Below are positions 14,336-58,663 of a stretch of DNA of 64,000 bases, in pieces (position 1 is the stretch's first letter; each line of letters starts with the position of its first letter). Both the position numbers and the translations under genes were made by a program. A model generated the notes under the pieces. The model ran no database searches. It was given only the letters and a program-made list of their open reading frames with translations, and had not been told where the DNA came from. Origin of the DNA: Chrysomallon squamiferum (taxonomy: Eukaryota; Animalia; Mollusca). Location of the stretch: NCBI GenBank assembly GCA_012295275.1, contig CM022669.1:9052001-9116000 (forward strand). The letters run 5' to 3'.

Positions 14336-15304
14336 TCAAATCAAAGACTAACAGGAACTGCACTTTTCAAAACATAATTATGTAAGAGTAACTTACAAAG
14401 TCGAATATCTAAGCAGTATTGCAGTTCTCAGATTATTTTTATCAGTTTTATTTTTGATTCTGTTTCTGTCACGATATTTCTATAAATTACCATCGTAGCG
14501 CGCGTTAAGTCTGTTCCGCTTGCCCCCCGGTCTTCCAGCCTCCATTGTTTTGTTAAAATAATACAGCTACTTAACCACAGCCTCGACGACTGATCCACGG
14601 CGCCAACAGCATCCCCCGACCTCAGACCAACACTCACAGACGTCGTGTCCGTCAACAAACAAGCAGCTCTCGCTAATGAACGTAATTAATTACGACGACC
14701 CAAGCATGAACTGTGGCCATCACGCGATAAACACCAACCTGTTAGAGACAAGTTAGCCACCGGCAAGTTCATCCTGCTGCCATCTTCAGTACAGATGTAT
14801 CCTGCTTTATGACTGGCTGAATCACATTCGCCCAGCCAATCACACAGGCTGTTTTTGTATTCAAATGTCGATGTGTCGAATATACGGAGTGATTTTTGAT
14901 ACTGTCAGTGAACAGTTGAAATTTAAATATCAGTTGTCTTTGTGTTGTTTTTTCCTTGTTGCTATTTCTCTGTCATACAGCTTGACATGTGTTACATCTG
15001 AAAGCTTTTCCCGAAAAATAATGTGAAAAACAAATATATTTCTTGTTACTTTGCTATCAAATATAAGCATGATTTGCTGTGATATATTTTATCACCTAAA
15101 TTTTAGCTTTTTCCTTCTTATATATATATCGATATAGAATGTCATTTCTCCAGATTTTTCTTTCAGTAAACAGTATTTCTCAGAAGAAGAAAATTTCCTG
15201 GCGATGCGAGTGAGATACGAAGAGTTGCAGGATCTTGTCTTTCTTCAGGTAATCAGTGGGCTATTTCCCGTTATAGCCGTGGCTCCAACTGACACATTAA
15301 AACC

Positions 15305-15345
<41 letters not shown>

Positions 15346-15977
15346 TATAATAAATAAAAAATAAAAATCATATAAAACAAAACAAAATACTTTAACACCT
15401 GATAACCTTTTTCTTCTTGTCTTCTTTCTATTCGTCCATGACTTATTCCTTCCTTCCTTCCTTCCTTCATTCGTACATTCGTGTACAAAACTAAATACAC
15501 TAACTCATTATTCTAAACTATCACAAAGCTGTCGAGCTCATTTCGTTTGGAAATTTTCGTGTAAATAAAGAAAAGTGAAACTTCCACTGCAGATGGTTCA
15601 TTGGACGCACCACCTGATGTCTCAAAAAACGTGAAGAAATTTTCACTTCGTTACCAGCAAAAGTTAAAGAATCCAATTCATCTACAGTCTCATAGGAACG
15701 CAACGTTAATAAGTGAAAACTGTTTTCAAATTAACTCTTTATTTCGTGGTTACCTTCTGGCTTAAATTATAGATAAATTAAAGTTCTCTCAACTACAAAA
15801 TTAAATAATTGTCCTGTGAGGTATGATCACACTTCGTGACTTTTAATTACGAATTACGAATTACTGTTGCAAAAGGCGCCTTCACATGGCGTAACTTTTA
15901 ATAATAAACACGTTTTCGCTATTCGCTTTGCGTTATAAGAGTGCTTTTACTGTTTCAGTGAATTTACTATAGTATCT

Positions 15978-16026
<49 letters not shown>

Positions 16027-16339
16027 CAATTCTCTTTCAACAGCAAATGGTCGGTTTCTGTTTCTGAGGTTTTTAAAAAAAAATAATATTCAGTTCAGAT
16101 ACAAAGGTATACTGTATGCTATCATCGTTTTTATTCTGCATTTTTTCAGACTGAATGATTAGTTGTTTAAAAACTCTCAGTACATTTCTGTGTTAACAGC
16201 AGCTGCATGTCAGTCATCCATTGTACATGAAATGGTCACATGAAAGAAAAAGCCACAAATCAGTACTCAGTTCACGTAGAACTGGCTGGAAAGAACAAAA
16301 AAATCGTAATCACCATACCTAATTCCTGTCTTAGCAACC

Positions 16340-16510
16340 ACCAGAAAGCAATCGTTTATATTCACATTCGTAACCTCAGTGTGTACAACGTTTAATAAAC
16401 AGTTCGAGAATTACTGGCTGGAACTGGAAAATGACACGACCAGTCTGTTGGGAAAAGTTGATCGTGGGACGTGTCGGGCCTCAGTTCTGTGGTTTAACCA
16501 ATCAGCGATC
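16340..16510 (-). mobile_element. Degraded SINE copy of the same family
   Basis: CTGGAACTGGAAAA at 16418-16431 and TAACCAAT at 16495, collinear with 38095 and 38171; the minus strand reads ..GTTCCAGCCAGT..GTGAATATAAACGAT.. Confidence 0.45.
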
Positions 16511-16636
16511 AGCTGTAACAGTCCTCACAGCTTTCAGAACTGGTTATTCATAAATATTAAAATTTAGAAAATGATTAAAGTTTATAAAATTTTTATAAAT
16601 TTTCTCTTGGATCCTGTAGTTTAAATTAAAATAAAA

Positions 16637-16667
<31 letters not shown>

Positions 16668-16996
16668 ATGAATGAATGAATGAAAGTAAATTTAAAATTA
16701 AATAAAAAGAAAAGCAGAGCTAGTAATTTTCACAATTCACAATTATTCTGATGGTCTTGCAACACAATTACAGAAAGTGGCAGTCTTCCCAGAGGTTGAC
16801 ATTAAACGTAACATTTTCTTGAAAGAAACGTAAATATTTGATGCGTCTTGTTTAATTCTGAAGAGACATTTTACTCTGAGCAATAAGAAAATGAACTAAA
16901 TTTCATTTTGTTGATGGAAATTAATACTAAAATTATTATTGGGACCATTATTATTATTGTTGTTATTGTTATTATATTATTATTATTTTTATTACA

Positions 16997-17035
<39 letters not shown>

Positions 17036-18283
17036 TTAAAGTAATCTTCAAGTTCTAAGAACAGAAAATGGCAGTCTTCCCTGTAGATTACAGTGGCTTT
17101 ACAAAGAAGTTTGCAACATTTTCCAGACTTTTTCTTTCCACTGGGTTAACGATACACACTCACGTACAAACACATATAGTTTAATATACACAGAGAAATA
17201 CACTAAGATAAAATCTTTACTTGTAAAATTAATCAAATCACATTTCAAAAAACAAGTTCACAATAGTAATAAAGACAAGACACGTGTTTTAAATAATCTG
17301 TATTACATTCATTAAATCTACAGCGAGGTGACACAGAACTCTACAGATAACCTATAGCACTGATCTGCCTGTTACACCGAACACTCTCACTCACGCACGC
17401 ACGCACGCACGCACAGACACACGTATAATCACTCTGGGACGTACATCCTCACTTGAGTACGCAAACACACAAAACACGACATTCAGACAGATTCTGTAAG
17501 ACAGTTTGATGACAAAGTATTTATACGCACATTATCACGTACGTACTAGTAATGGGAGAGAGTTTTAAAAAAAAACATTCTTCTTTATAATTGTTTGACA
17601 TTTTCACAAGAGGCAATAAATAGGTCAAACGCTCGTCATAACGCAGAGAATATTAAGTTGTGAGAAATTATGAAAGTATAGAGACGAATGGGTTTTTTAG
17701 CTGCTGAATCAGCGGTGTCGAGGGTGGGTCCAAACCCGTTGTTATGACGACGAACTAATTTCAGACTGTTTTTTTTTTTTTTTAGGAAATGGTCGAACTG
17801 AAATCATGAAAATGGAGAAACATGCTAATTTAAAAAAAATTATCTTTGGTCTAGTATTCTAAACGTAAAAAGGTGCCGATGGTAAGATATATTTTTCTGC
17901 ATATCACTAGTCATTTTCACATCTTATTTCTGTTGTTTATGCAACATCATAAAAATAAGTGGCAATCTTCCTAAAGGCGTGCATTAGGTGTTACTTCATT
18001 TTACAATTTTCAAATTATTTTTGTGGATAACGACAAAGGCGACTACTCATAATTTGATACTTTATCACCTGTAACAATTCCTGTATTCACCAGTGAGTGA
18101 GGTTTTGACTCTCGAAACAAATAAATAAACTAAAACACTCTTGTCATTAATTAATGATGACGAATGATTTAATAAAAATAAAAAAAAATTGTTTATACTT
18201 TTATTAGTTTTAGATAAATTATTTAGGTGAATTATATTTAATCTGGGAAAAATTTGTGCTGAAAAGGAAACGGGTAAACTCAT

Positions 18284-18336
<53 letters not shown>

Positions 18337-18582
18337 GACAATTTAAAAATTAAAAAAAAAAGAAAAAAAAAATTAAAAGAAAAATAAATAGATAAAAGAT
18401 AAAAGGAAAATGATTTCATCCGATCGAAAAATTACAAAAGAATCAAGTCTAACAAACAAAATATATATTACAGAATAAGAATCGAAAAACAAAATGTGGA
18501 CAACAAAAAGAAGAAAAAAATATTTAAATTTTTAGATTTACACATAATCACTTGAGAGATAGCTAATGAAAATTGGACAGTC

Positions 18583-18660
18583 CACGTGACTTGTTACTGA
18601 GAACACGTGACTTGTAACTGACAACACGTGACCTTGTTACTGAGAACACGTGACCGTTGT
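18583..18660. repeat. 21-22-bp minisatellite with four CACGTGAC E-boxes
   Basis: CACGTGAC at 18583, 18604, 18625 and 18647 within the unit CACGTGACTTGTTACTGAGAA. Confidence 0.9.
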
Positions 18661-19145
18661 GTTTCTAGCGCACTGGAAAGCACAAGTTGTATAAATAGTA
18701 CAAGGCACTTTTCATTTTTTACATCGTGCTAACAGAAGAGCTAAATTTTACATAATAAATATCCAGTAATAAGGACATACATAAATAATGTGAGTAGAAT
18801 TCTAACATACAAATATACACGTCAACTAAAAATAATAATATACATTTACATTTGTTTATGTTTGTCTTGTATCCATGACGATGTATGTATGTAAGTATGT
18901 ATTTATTATGTATGTATTTATGTGTGTATGTTTGTCAGTATGCATGTTTGTATGATTGTATGTATGCACGTATGTGTCTGTCCGCCTATACGTACGTACA
19001 TACACATTAAGTTTGTACGTATATTTACATGAAAAAACGTTTATGTGCGTGTGCGTTCTTTAAACTATACTTGTAAATAAAACATAAAAAAATGACCATC
19101 TACAATGAAAGTAAATGCTTTATGAAAATATTACACGACAAGTTC

Positions 19146-19185
<40 letters not shown>

Positions 19186-19394
19186 GTTGTTGTTGTTGTT
19201 GTTAAGTTTAAATCAATAGTTTTTTAATTATAAAAATCTTAATTATTTTCAAAGCTGTACCAGTATATGCTAAATTTTTTTTTATTTGTAAACTATGGTA
19301 TTCTCTGTATTTATATATATATATGTCTCAGTGTGTGTGTTTGTTTCACTGGTTTGACGTTGAATGCAAGAACAGCAACAAAAAGTAAAGTTAA

Positions 19395-19465
<71 letters not shown>

Positions 19466-19631
19466 TTCATCATCATCATCGTCACCATTATTTTCTCCGA
19501 TGTTATCAAATGCGTTAGAATTTTAATATTCTTTTGTTAATAAATTAAATCATTATAATATTTCTCAGCAAATATCTACTTTGGTAACGAATAAGATATA
19601 CGTAGATATATTAACATCAATATCTCAGCTA

Positions 19632-19662
<31 letters not shown>

Positions 19663-20788
19663 TTAGTTATCGCAAACAGTAATGATGACGTAATTGTTAT
19701 AATTACGTAATGTCCATAATGACGTAAGAGACATTTTTTTCAAAGTGTAATATCATTGTTAAGTGATTCGAAATTACATGTAAAAGTACAAATCACATGA
19801 TATGAGATATATTTAAAGAAAAAACAAGTTCTTTTTGATACACAGTAACAATCAGGTCAATGTTTGTGGTGCATCATGGGTACTCTTCTAGCCAGTTATA
19901 CGTGATATTTTAGACCACGTGACTCCAGTATCTGAAAAAGCTCACAACCAGTTGTAAAAAATGTCTCTCAGCTAGCAGCAAAACCCGTTTCAAGAAGAAA
20001 AAAAAAAAAAAAAAAAACAAGGAGACAACGAAAAGTTTTTTTTGTTCTACACGAGTAGAATTCCATTATGTTATGTGCCACAAAATACGGCACATCACAA
20101 ACCTACTGATAGTTGTAACCAATGAATGCTGAAAACACAACATGTAGAATGACAGTTCGCATTCAAATAACGTTAAAAACCTGTTTTCACTTATGAGTTT
20201 TGTGACAAAGTTTTATACTTTGTAACTGATAACCTACAAGTGTGTATCAGTTTCTTTGTGTATCTGATTATTACTCACATTGTGAGATAACTCACACAAC
20301 ATTGTACCCTACTCCTGGTAACCGTGTTAATGAATTGAGTTAGCATGAGTTTTTAACTTGACTCAAATTTGTTTTTCACTTGTATCAAAGTTTGTAGACA
20401 AACAGATCATGCCGACTTTTCTTAATGTACATCCTAATAAGAGAAACCTTGGTATTCCTGTAGTTGTTTGGAATAGAGATCGTTTACAAGCGCCAACAAA
20501 TGTTAAACACATCTGAATACTGATCTGTTTCTTTATCGCCACCTTGGCTACATGACATACAAGTAAACTAAATCTTGCCTATAATCAAACTGAGGTAAAA
20601 GTAAATATATAAATATATGTTTTTGTTTTGCACAAACAATACAGTTGCCTTTCCTTTTGACAAGCCAGTGAAATATCTTGTTCATCACGTTCTTACTGAC
20701 GTATCACCTTCTGTGACGTGGTCTTCCCGTGTCTGACGTAATATCATTTATATTGCACTATGGTCCTTAACGTCACAACGCACCGAGG

Positions 20789-51027
<30,239 letters not shown>

Positions 51028-51450
51028 GTTCTGGACACAGGTCACCTCATCGGGCGACAGAACATACTACTTCCGCAGGGGACGTCATCCATTAATACTA
51101 GCACGCGACAAACCGGAACTACATCTCCAGTGACCCTGAGCGTGTTCACGAACGTGTCAGAAAAGTTGTGTTCACATACGTACTTATCTTAAGTGTGTTA
51201 ATAATTTGTTTGATAAATTTATTTTATATTTTTATTTTTTTATTTTTTATTTTTTTAAAACACTGGAATCAGAAAAAGATAAAATTTAAAGGTGGTTTTT
51301 CCGGTACGTGAGAATTATTTTAATACGTTTTCTCACTTCAGTGACGTGCTGTTAAGAAAATCACGCACGTGTTCACGAATCAAGTGTTTTTATCTCGAGA
51401 AGCGCAGATCTTCAACGTCCAGTATTTCCACACAAAAGTCAAGAGCATTC
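51028..51450 (-). other. Probable 5' UTR part of the ATG-containing exon
   Basis: Very strong acceptor, poly-T then ACAG|G (AG at 51452-51451), upstream of the start codon; this implies a further non-coding exon upstream. Confidence 0.55.
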
Positions 51451-52214
51451 CTGTAAAAAAAAAAAAAAAAAGTAATAATAATAAAAGAATGAATTAAGAT
51501 AAAATAACCAACTAGCATCAGAAGGAGAAGCTGTTATCGTTCTTTAATCCCAATTATCATAAGTTTTTCTTTTGAAGATGATTTACAGGCAGAAACTCGG
51601 AGAATCGTTAAGTCGAGGGAGAAGCAATATCGCCTCCGGCAGATTCCATTAGTGGAAATCATAAAGAAATTCCCGTACGCGCTGCTGCCAGTAGGACCAT
51701 AAGTATTGTGTCTGAAATATCTTAACTTTGCAGCTTACACCCGTCTTACAGTCAGACGCAGTTTTAATAAAACAAAGGGTTTAATCTGACTTGATATCGG
51801 CTTGCTGCAACTGACAAATATCACATGTTAATCCACAAGTAAATAACTCTGGTCTCAGTTTGTGTGACCTGTTTGAACAGAACTATATAATAGATAAAGC
51901 TAAGGAAATACAGCTTGGAAAGGTGAAGAAATAAAAAAAGGTAATTTTATGAAAAATATGTCAATATAAGTTCCGCAATATAAAGAGAAGCACCAGTACT
52001 ATTAGTAGCGGTAGTTATCGTTGTAGCAGTAACAGCATAACAGTAGTAGTAGAAGAAGTAGTAGCTATAGTAGTAGTAATAATAGAAGTATCAGCAGTAG
52101 AAATAGAAGATTTTTTTTCCCCTTGTAAATCATTGTTTCTTTCATTTCAGGAATCCTGATATTATTTCAGACATGCTGGACTTCATGTAAACTGACTGAG
52201 AAAACTTTTGATAT

Positions 52215-52335
52215 TTATTTTCGTGTTTACTCCTTCACTAGCTACGTGTCAAAGGTCAGTGCCCTGACATTACCAATCTAGACGAATAAAAGGTCCCTTG
52301 CTGTGAGATTAGAATTCCACAGTGGATTTCTTTTC
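52215..52335 (+). mobile_element. Possible degraded SINE central fragment
   Basis: TCAAAGGTC..ATAAAAGGTCCCTTGCTG resembles the same recalled SINE body. Confidence 0.3.
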
Positions 52336-53026
52336 TTTAAATGCAGACTGGATGTCTAGAAGTCAGTAATTTAAAATCGAGCACCAGTCACATGTACACA
52401 GAGCAAACTGCAGTCTACAGATTAGACTACTCGTCTTATGAACAAACATAACGTGCCAGTTACAACTTGATGCATAACTAGTTATAAATTGATACATATC
52501 ACTTACAAATGTATACATAATACTCATAACTTGATACATAACATTCACCGGTTTATACAGCATTACACAAAAATGTCACAGCATTGTACATAATAGACAC
52601 AATTTAAACGTGAGTCACACCGATATACGCAACAGTTTATACGTGCTGTTCGTGACAGTTACAGTTTTATAGATAACAGTTACAACTTCATATATAATAA
52701 ACAACTTTATATATAAAATCACAAGTTTAGGCATACAATCACAACTGTATACCTAGCAGTTGATCTATGACAATCACATTAAACGAAGATATTCATAACT
52801 GGATTACACTGCAGTAAGAAGTGTCTAAATTTGACCTTTGAACTCTCAGACCAGCAATAACATTAAAAGATAAACGTATTACCTCCCAAACAAATCCAAT
52901 AACCAAATCAAGTCGCCGCCTGACTGTGGTAAAGATTAGCTACAAAACCTCTTAAAGAGCAAACCGATCTCCCCCACTATCCCCCACTTACAAACTCGTA
53001 AACGATAAAATATTTATTCTTCACAT

Positions 53027-53157
53027 TCTGTAGCATTCCGGTATCACTTAGAACTTTTTATGAGTTTAATCTTCGTCTAATTCATTCCGGTCTTTCTGTA
53101 GCATCGCGGCGTAACTTAGGACCTTTATGAGTTCCTGATCTCTGGCTAATTTAATCT
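53027..53157 (+). repeat. Diverged tandem duplication of about 68 bp
   Basis: TTCTGTAGCAT..ACTTAG.AC.TTTATGAGTT..CTAATT occurs twice. Confidence 0.7.
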
Positions 53158-55354
53158 TATGATGGGGACTTGGAGACACGAAACACTACGCCATTCTCCG
53201 AGTTTCGCACCCCGGCGTCATTGTCCAGAGCTGAACAGCACCCAGAGTATCGCCGTCAGGTTGCATTGTGTACAACTCCCAGGCGGTTAGATAACCAGCA
53301 TGAGGTCGGGTCTAATTAGCGGATAACAATGACACACAGCTCGATTCTGACACGAGTTTCATACTGGTGGGCGTTGAGAGACACCGAACCAAGTTTCACT
53401 GATATTCAAGGTATGTCGTTTCTTACGGATTAAAAACTGCTTCTACAGAGACGATACGGGCAAGCGTGAGGAAGGAGGTTAAATTTTCTACATTTATTTC
53501 TTTATAATTTTCTTAGCCTTTCTTTATTTTCGCCTATATTTTCTTTCTTTCGCTCTTCCTTTCTTCTTTCCTTTATTTTTTTTTCTTCTTCTTCTTCTTT
53601 TCTCTCGTTCATTTTCTTCTTTGCACAAAACATTTTTAAATTTTTTTTTTTTTTTATATATGTATTATTCAAACACTTTTTGTAAAAGTGTTTACATTCT
53701 CTAAATCTGAAACGCCAATACAAACATACAAAGCTCGGCAAAGACATGATATACAGTTTTTTCCTCGACGACGATATCTGATAGAGACTGAAACACACAC
53801 ACTGTTAGTAAATAATATATTACTCTGGCTAGTTTCAATATCATCGTGCGTATGAAGTGATACATTCTACGTAGTGTTTGTTAATGTCACACAGCGATAT
53901 CTGATCACAAATGAGACGACAACGTGTATAAAAAATAAAAGAAAGAAAAAAGATATTAAGTTTAACAAAAGTAAGCAATTAAATATTTAAGAAGAACAAT
54001 GGAGCAGGATAAATAAATAAAACCGATATAATGTTTCTTTCTGTCCTTTTCTTTGTATGTGTGTTTTTCTCTTTCTTTTTCTTTCAGTCTCTGCGTCTTT
54101 CTCTCTGTCTCTCTCTCTCTCTCTCTTTGCTTCCCTCTACCTTTCCGTCTTTCTATTCCAATCTCTCTCTCTCTCTCATTCTCGCTCCATTTCACAGTGT
54201 GTGTTCATGTCTGTCTGTCTGTCTGTCTGTCTCTTTCTCATGCTCTGTCATGCTAGCAGAAGAAAAGAAAAAAAGCAGGATTCTAGAGTGCTCAGATGCA
54301 TTAATGAGTTTCGACTCTGCCGCTGATATTTCCTTTTACCATGCATACTACGACATCTTTACAATTGAGTCAAACGATCGTTTTCATTCTTCTCTTCTTT
54401 TCCACGTCCTCCTTCATTGACAGGAGAGCTCCAATTTTCCGTAAATAGTCGACAGACGTCAGATTTAATTGTGGGATGCGTCCAGCGCAGTACTCTTCAG
54501 AATTGGAATTAAATCACGTGGAAATCACATCAGTGTCGGGAGAGGTACGGAAAAAACGGTTTAAAGTTTACACAGAAGCACCACTTGGAAATTTAGTTAG
54601 CTTAATGCGGGATTACCGCTCTGTCGAAAACACGTCGATTCCTTTTATTTAAGTGTCGCTTTGCCCGTATTAATTAGAATAAGTTTTTCGTTAACGTTTC
54701 TTTTTCAGAGTCGGTGGTACAAGAGCGCAGTAAATCTTTGTCGCTGAAACAGAGAGCAGCTGAAAGGTCTGAGTCGATGTGACGTCATCCAGAGTCGGAC
54801 AGACATTTTAAAAAGCTTTTTACTTCAGTTCAATTCTTTACTCTTTTTTTTAATATATTTTTTATAGAATATATTGCTATCAAATTAAGTCATCAATTTG
54901 TGTTAAAAAATGGATTCCTGTTTTTTATTTTATTATATTTTTATTTTATTTTATTTTTATTTTATTTTATTTTTTATTCTGGTACTTATTCCATAGAAGA
55001 AATATTTTTTTGTTTTACGAATTTAAATATTATAAAATTAAAGAACTACACCGTTATTCATAATAGCAATAGCAGCAGCAGTAGCAACAACAACAACATC
55101 AACAACATAATAATAATAATAAAAATAATAACAAGAACAAAAACAATAAATACAATATATATAGATCTACCAAAAAAAAAAAAAAAAAAAAAAAAAAGAA
55201 TAGAAAACCCTCTAAAACCGTATTTGATTAATTACTCAGTAATTCTTTTTTTTTTTTCGTGTACACTCTTTTTTTCCCCCCTTTCTTTCATTTGTTATTT
55301 CCTCTCTTATTTCTCAGTGTGAGTTTACAAAACCTCGCAGTGAGTGTGCTAGGT

Positions 55355-55950
55355 ACTCACGGTGGGCCAGCTACGTTACTTTCTTGTTTCTCTGTCCGCG
55401 AAACAATGGGGATCACGTTCAAACACGTCTGAAAGGATGCGCTCTGGATGAGCGGCCGATAAACCCGTGGGACCTCACCAATCCAAACAGCTGATCCGAC
55501 ACAGCCGCGGCAGGAAGCCTTAATGAAATAATAACAGGGAACACACGCTGGCACCTGCTCTAACAATAGCAGCAGCAGCAGCAGCAGAAGCCGAAAAAAA
55601 AAAAAAAAAAAAGGAAGCGAAGACTGTGTTTTTAAAATCTCTGGCATTTCGCGTAAAGTGTATCTCTATCGCTGACTCTCTCTGAAAAAAAAAGGGTTTG
55701 TTTGAGCAATGTCCGAGTAATTGCAGGAACCGATACAGCGTGCTTAGGCCCAGGCCCCCCGAGGCTTTGGAGAGTCAGCGAGTGATAGAAAATCGTTTGT
55801 TAATCTGCGGTATCTCGGTTTGGCAGAATGGTTCGAGAGGGGGGAAACAAAAACAAAAAAAAAAAAAAAAAAACCGAAAAGAAATTTTAGCTTTTTGAGG
55901 TGACGGTTTCGGCAGAGTTTTGATTTCGGTTGTGCTTTTAAGAAACCAAT
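55355..55950 (-). promoter_or_regulatory. GC/CpG-richer island ending in a donor-like site; candidate non-coding first exon or promoter
   Basis: ACC|GTGAGT on the minus strand at 55361/55360, at the edge of a locally GC-rich block about 4 kb upstream of the 51450 acceptor. Confidence 0.3.
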
Positions 55951-56142
55951 AAACCAGGAAATGAAGAAGAAAAGAGATGATTAGATGCATCGTCCTACGT
56001 GAATGAGACACTCGGAAAGAATGTAGATAAATAAAGAGATAGAATCAGAGGAAAGGAGAAACAAAGAGACAGAGAGAGATAAAAGGAAAGAGAAACAGCA
56101 AGATAAATATCGCTGTTATTATTTCATTTTTGAGTAATATTG

Positions 56143-56249
<107 letters not shown>

Positions 56250-57431
56250 CTGATTACACAAAAGATAATTATGCACTGAAAATGCATTTTTGCTTAAGCT
56301 GTGCTGAGCAATAAAAACGTTCTATAATTTACAATAATTGCATTACATTTCTACAACAGCCAGCATTTGAAAGCCGTAGCTAACCAAACAAACTGCTCGT
56401 CTGTGCACAGAAGAAATATCGACTTAAATAATGATCGGAAAAAAAAACAACAACATGCACTTTCAATATTAACTGAAGTCACAAAGCCACTTACTTAACC
56501 ACGAGGGACTGAGATAATTACAAATTTAATTAGTCTTTAAAAACTCATATCAGGGATAAATTAATTTTGAAGGAAAATGTTTCGTTTATGTAATAATGGA
56601 AATAGTCATCAAAGCAAAATTCTATATTAGTTAGTCTATTTGATTACACACACACATACACACGCACTCACACACACACACACCCACACACACACACACA
56701 GATATACACAATTTGATATAAACAATATGTTCATTATTTATTTAGTGGCTCCAGCTTTTTTATTCGTGTCGTTCTTTCTAATAGTTTTTATTTGTCTGTC
56801 TCCTCCGTTCTTTCACTCTCTCTCATTCTTTCAACATCTCTGTGAATTTCTCTCTGTCCGTTCTTTAAACCTCCATCCTTTCCCTCTAAATTCTTGCTTG
56901 AATGCGTGGGTGTGTGCGTGCGTGCGTGTTTGATCCGTGAATCCTTTCATCCGTCTATCTTTCTATCTATCTATCTATCTATCTCATTTTCTCTCATTAT
57001 ATATTAACTGGTTTAAGTTCACACGTCACAGCATTAAAGGAGATAAAGTAAAGTGGAAGTGAAAATTAAAAACGCTCTGGGTAGGTAAGGAAATAAATAA
57101 ATAAACACAGAAGGAAGTAAAAAAAAGCGAGTGATACGAAACAACTGTTTATGTTTTAAATATGTGCTCGTGGGGTGTGTTACACTGATAATTAGACAAT
57201 TCTCCGGGGTGTCGTTAAACCAAAGTAAGGAAACAGAAAATAAAATAACAATCAAATAACGATAAACTGAAAAAAAAAAAAAAAAAAAATTTAACAGTAC
57301 AACAGGTCCCGAACTAAACTCACATTTATTTATATATATATATACGATAAGAATAAAAACGAGAAAGCTAAAGAAAGAGCGAGAGAGAAAGAGAGGAAAA
57401 TGAGGGTGATATGTATAAAAAGAAAAATGAG

Positions 57432-57435
<4 letters not shown>

Positions 57436-57509
<74 letters not shown>
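57436..57509. repeat. (GA)n microsatellite
   Basis: Direct reading. Confidence 0.95.
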
Positions 57510-57512
<3 letters not shown>

Positions 57513-58358
57513 ATACACACACATACAAATATATATATGTGAAATAATACACACACACACACACACACACACATACACACAAACACAAAGACAGATAAAT
57601 AAATAAAATGTAGATGTTGGTACTGATTTTACAACGGAAGAAATGTACAGGTAAGCAGAATTTTTGCACCGGTACACCCCGTGTCACGTACCCGTAAACG
57701 TGCTCTCTTGCCGTGACAAATTAAAAAATTAAAAATATATTACAGAAGAAATATAAATGTAGCTGAAACGACTTACCTAAACATATCGCACAGAAATCTC
57801 GGGTGCAGTGTGACAAAAGAAGGGCGAATGATAGATATGCAGGAACGCGAGTCTGCTAAACACCCTTTCAGTTTCAAACAACCGTATCTCGGAAAGCGAG
57901 AATGTTAAAAAGGACCACTTTATCAGTGATAGGAACAGCAGAGTTTATTATCTGATGTAAACTTTTTTCTTTTTTTCTTTTTAACCTTTTCTTACAGCGG
58001 CTTAAGTGAAACACAGTCGTCGACAGGAGAGGTTTGTTGAAAGGCGACAGTGCATGTCGGGAACACACCAGAACTCATTCAAGATGTCTCAACTTCGTAA
58101 TGACGTCACAGTGTTTGCTTTTGTGGGAGGACAAGGGATAGTGAGTGGATCCTGATGATGTCGAAACAGTCACCTGTTTGGACCACCCCCACAGTTCTTG
58201 TATGGGACACATCTGTTCCAGCGCAGTTTAGAAACGGAGGGAAAAAAACACACCGTAGGTGTCACCGGTAGCATTGGCGAAGAGTCATTATAAATCTATT
58301 TGAAAATTAAACTTAGAAAGAAGAGAGAAATATATATATATATATATTAATATAAATA

Positions 58359-58538
<180 letters not shown>

Positions 58539-58663
58539 CTAACGGTTAAATTATTTTAAGAATGTTTTCTTATCTAAACAAATATTTCTAAGTGATAAAA
58601 CTCTTATAATATTTCTTTCTTTGTATGTGGTTCGGAAGCGCCACCTGTGGAAGTTCACCCCTC

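Noticed and set aside
15184-15248. Plus-strand exon-like segment (CAG|..EENFLAMRVRYEELQDLVFLQ|GTAATC)
   Set aside because: Isolated; I could not link partner exons or recognise a domain. It would need RNA-seq support.
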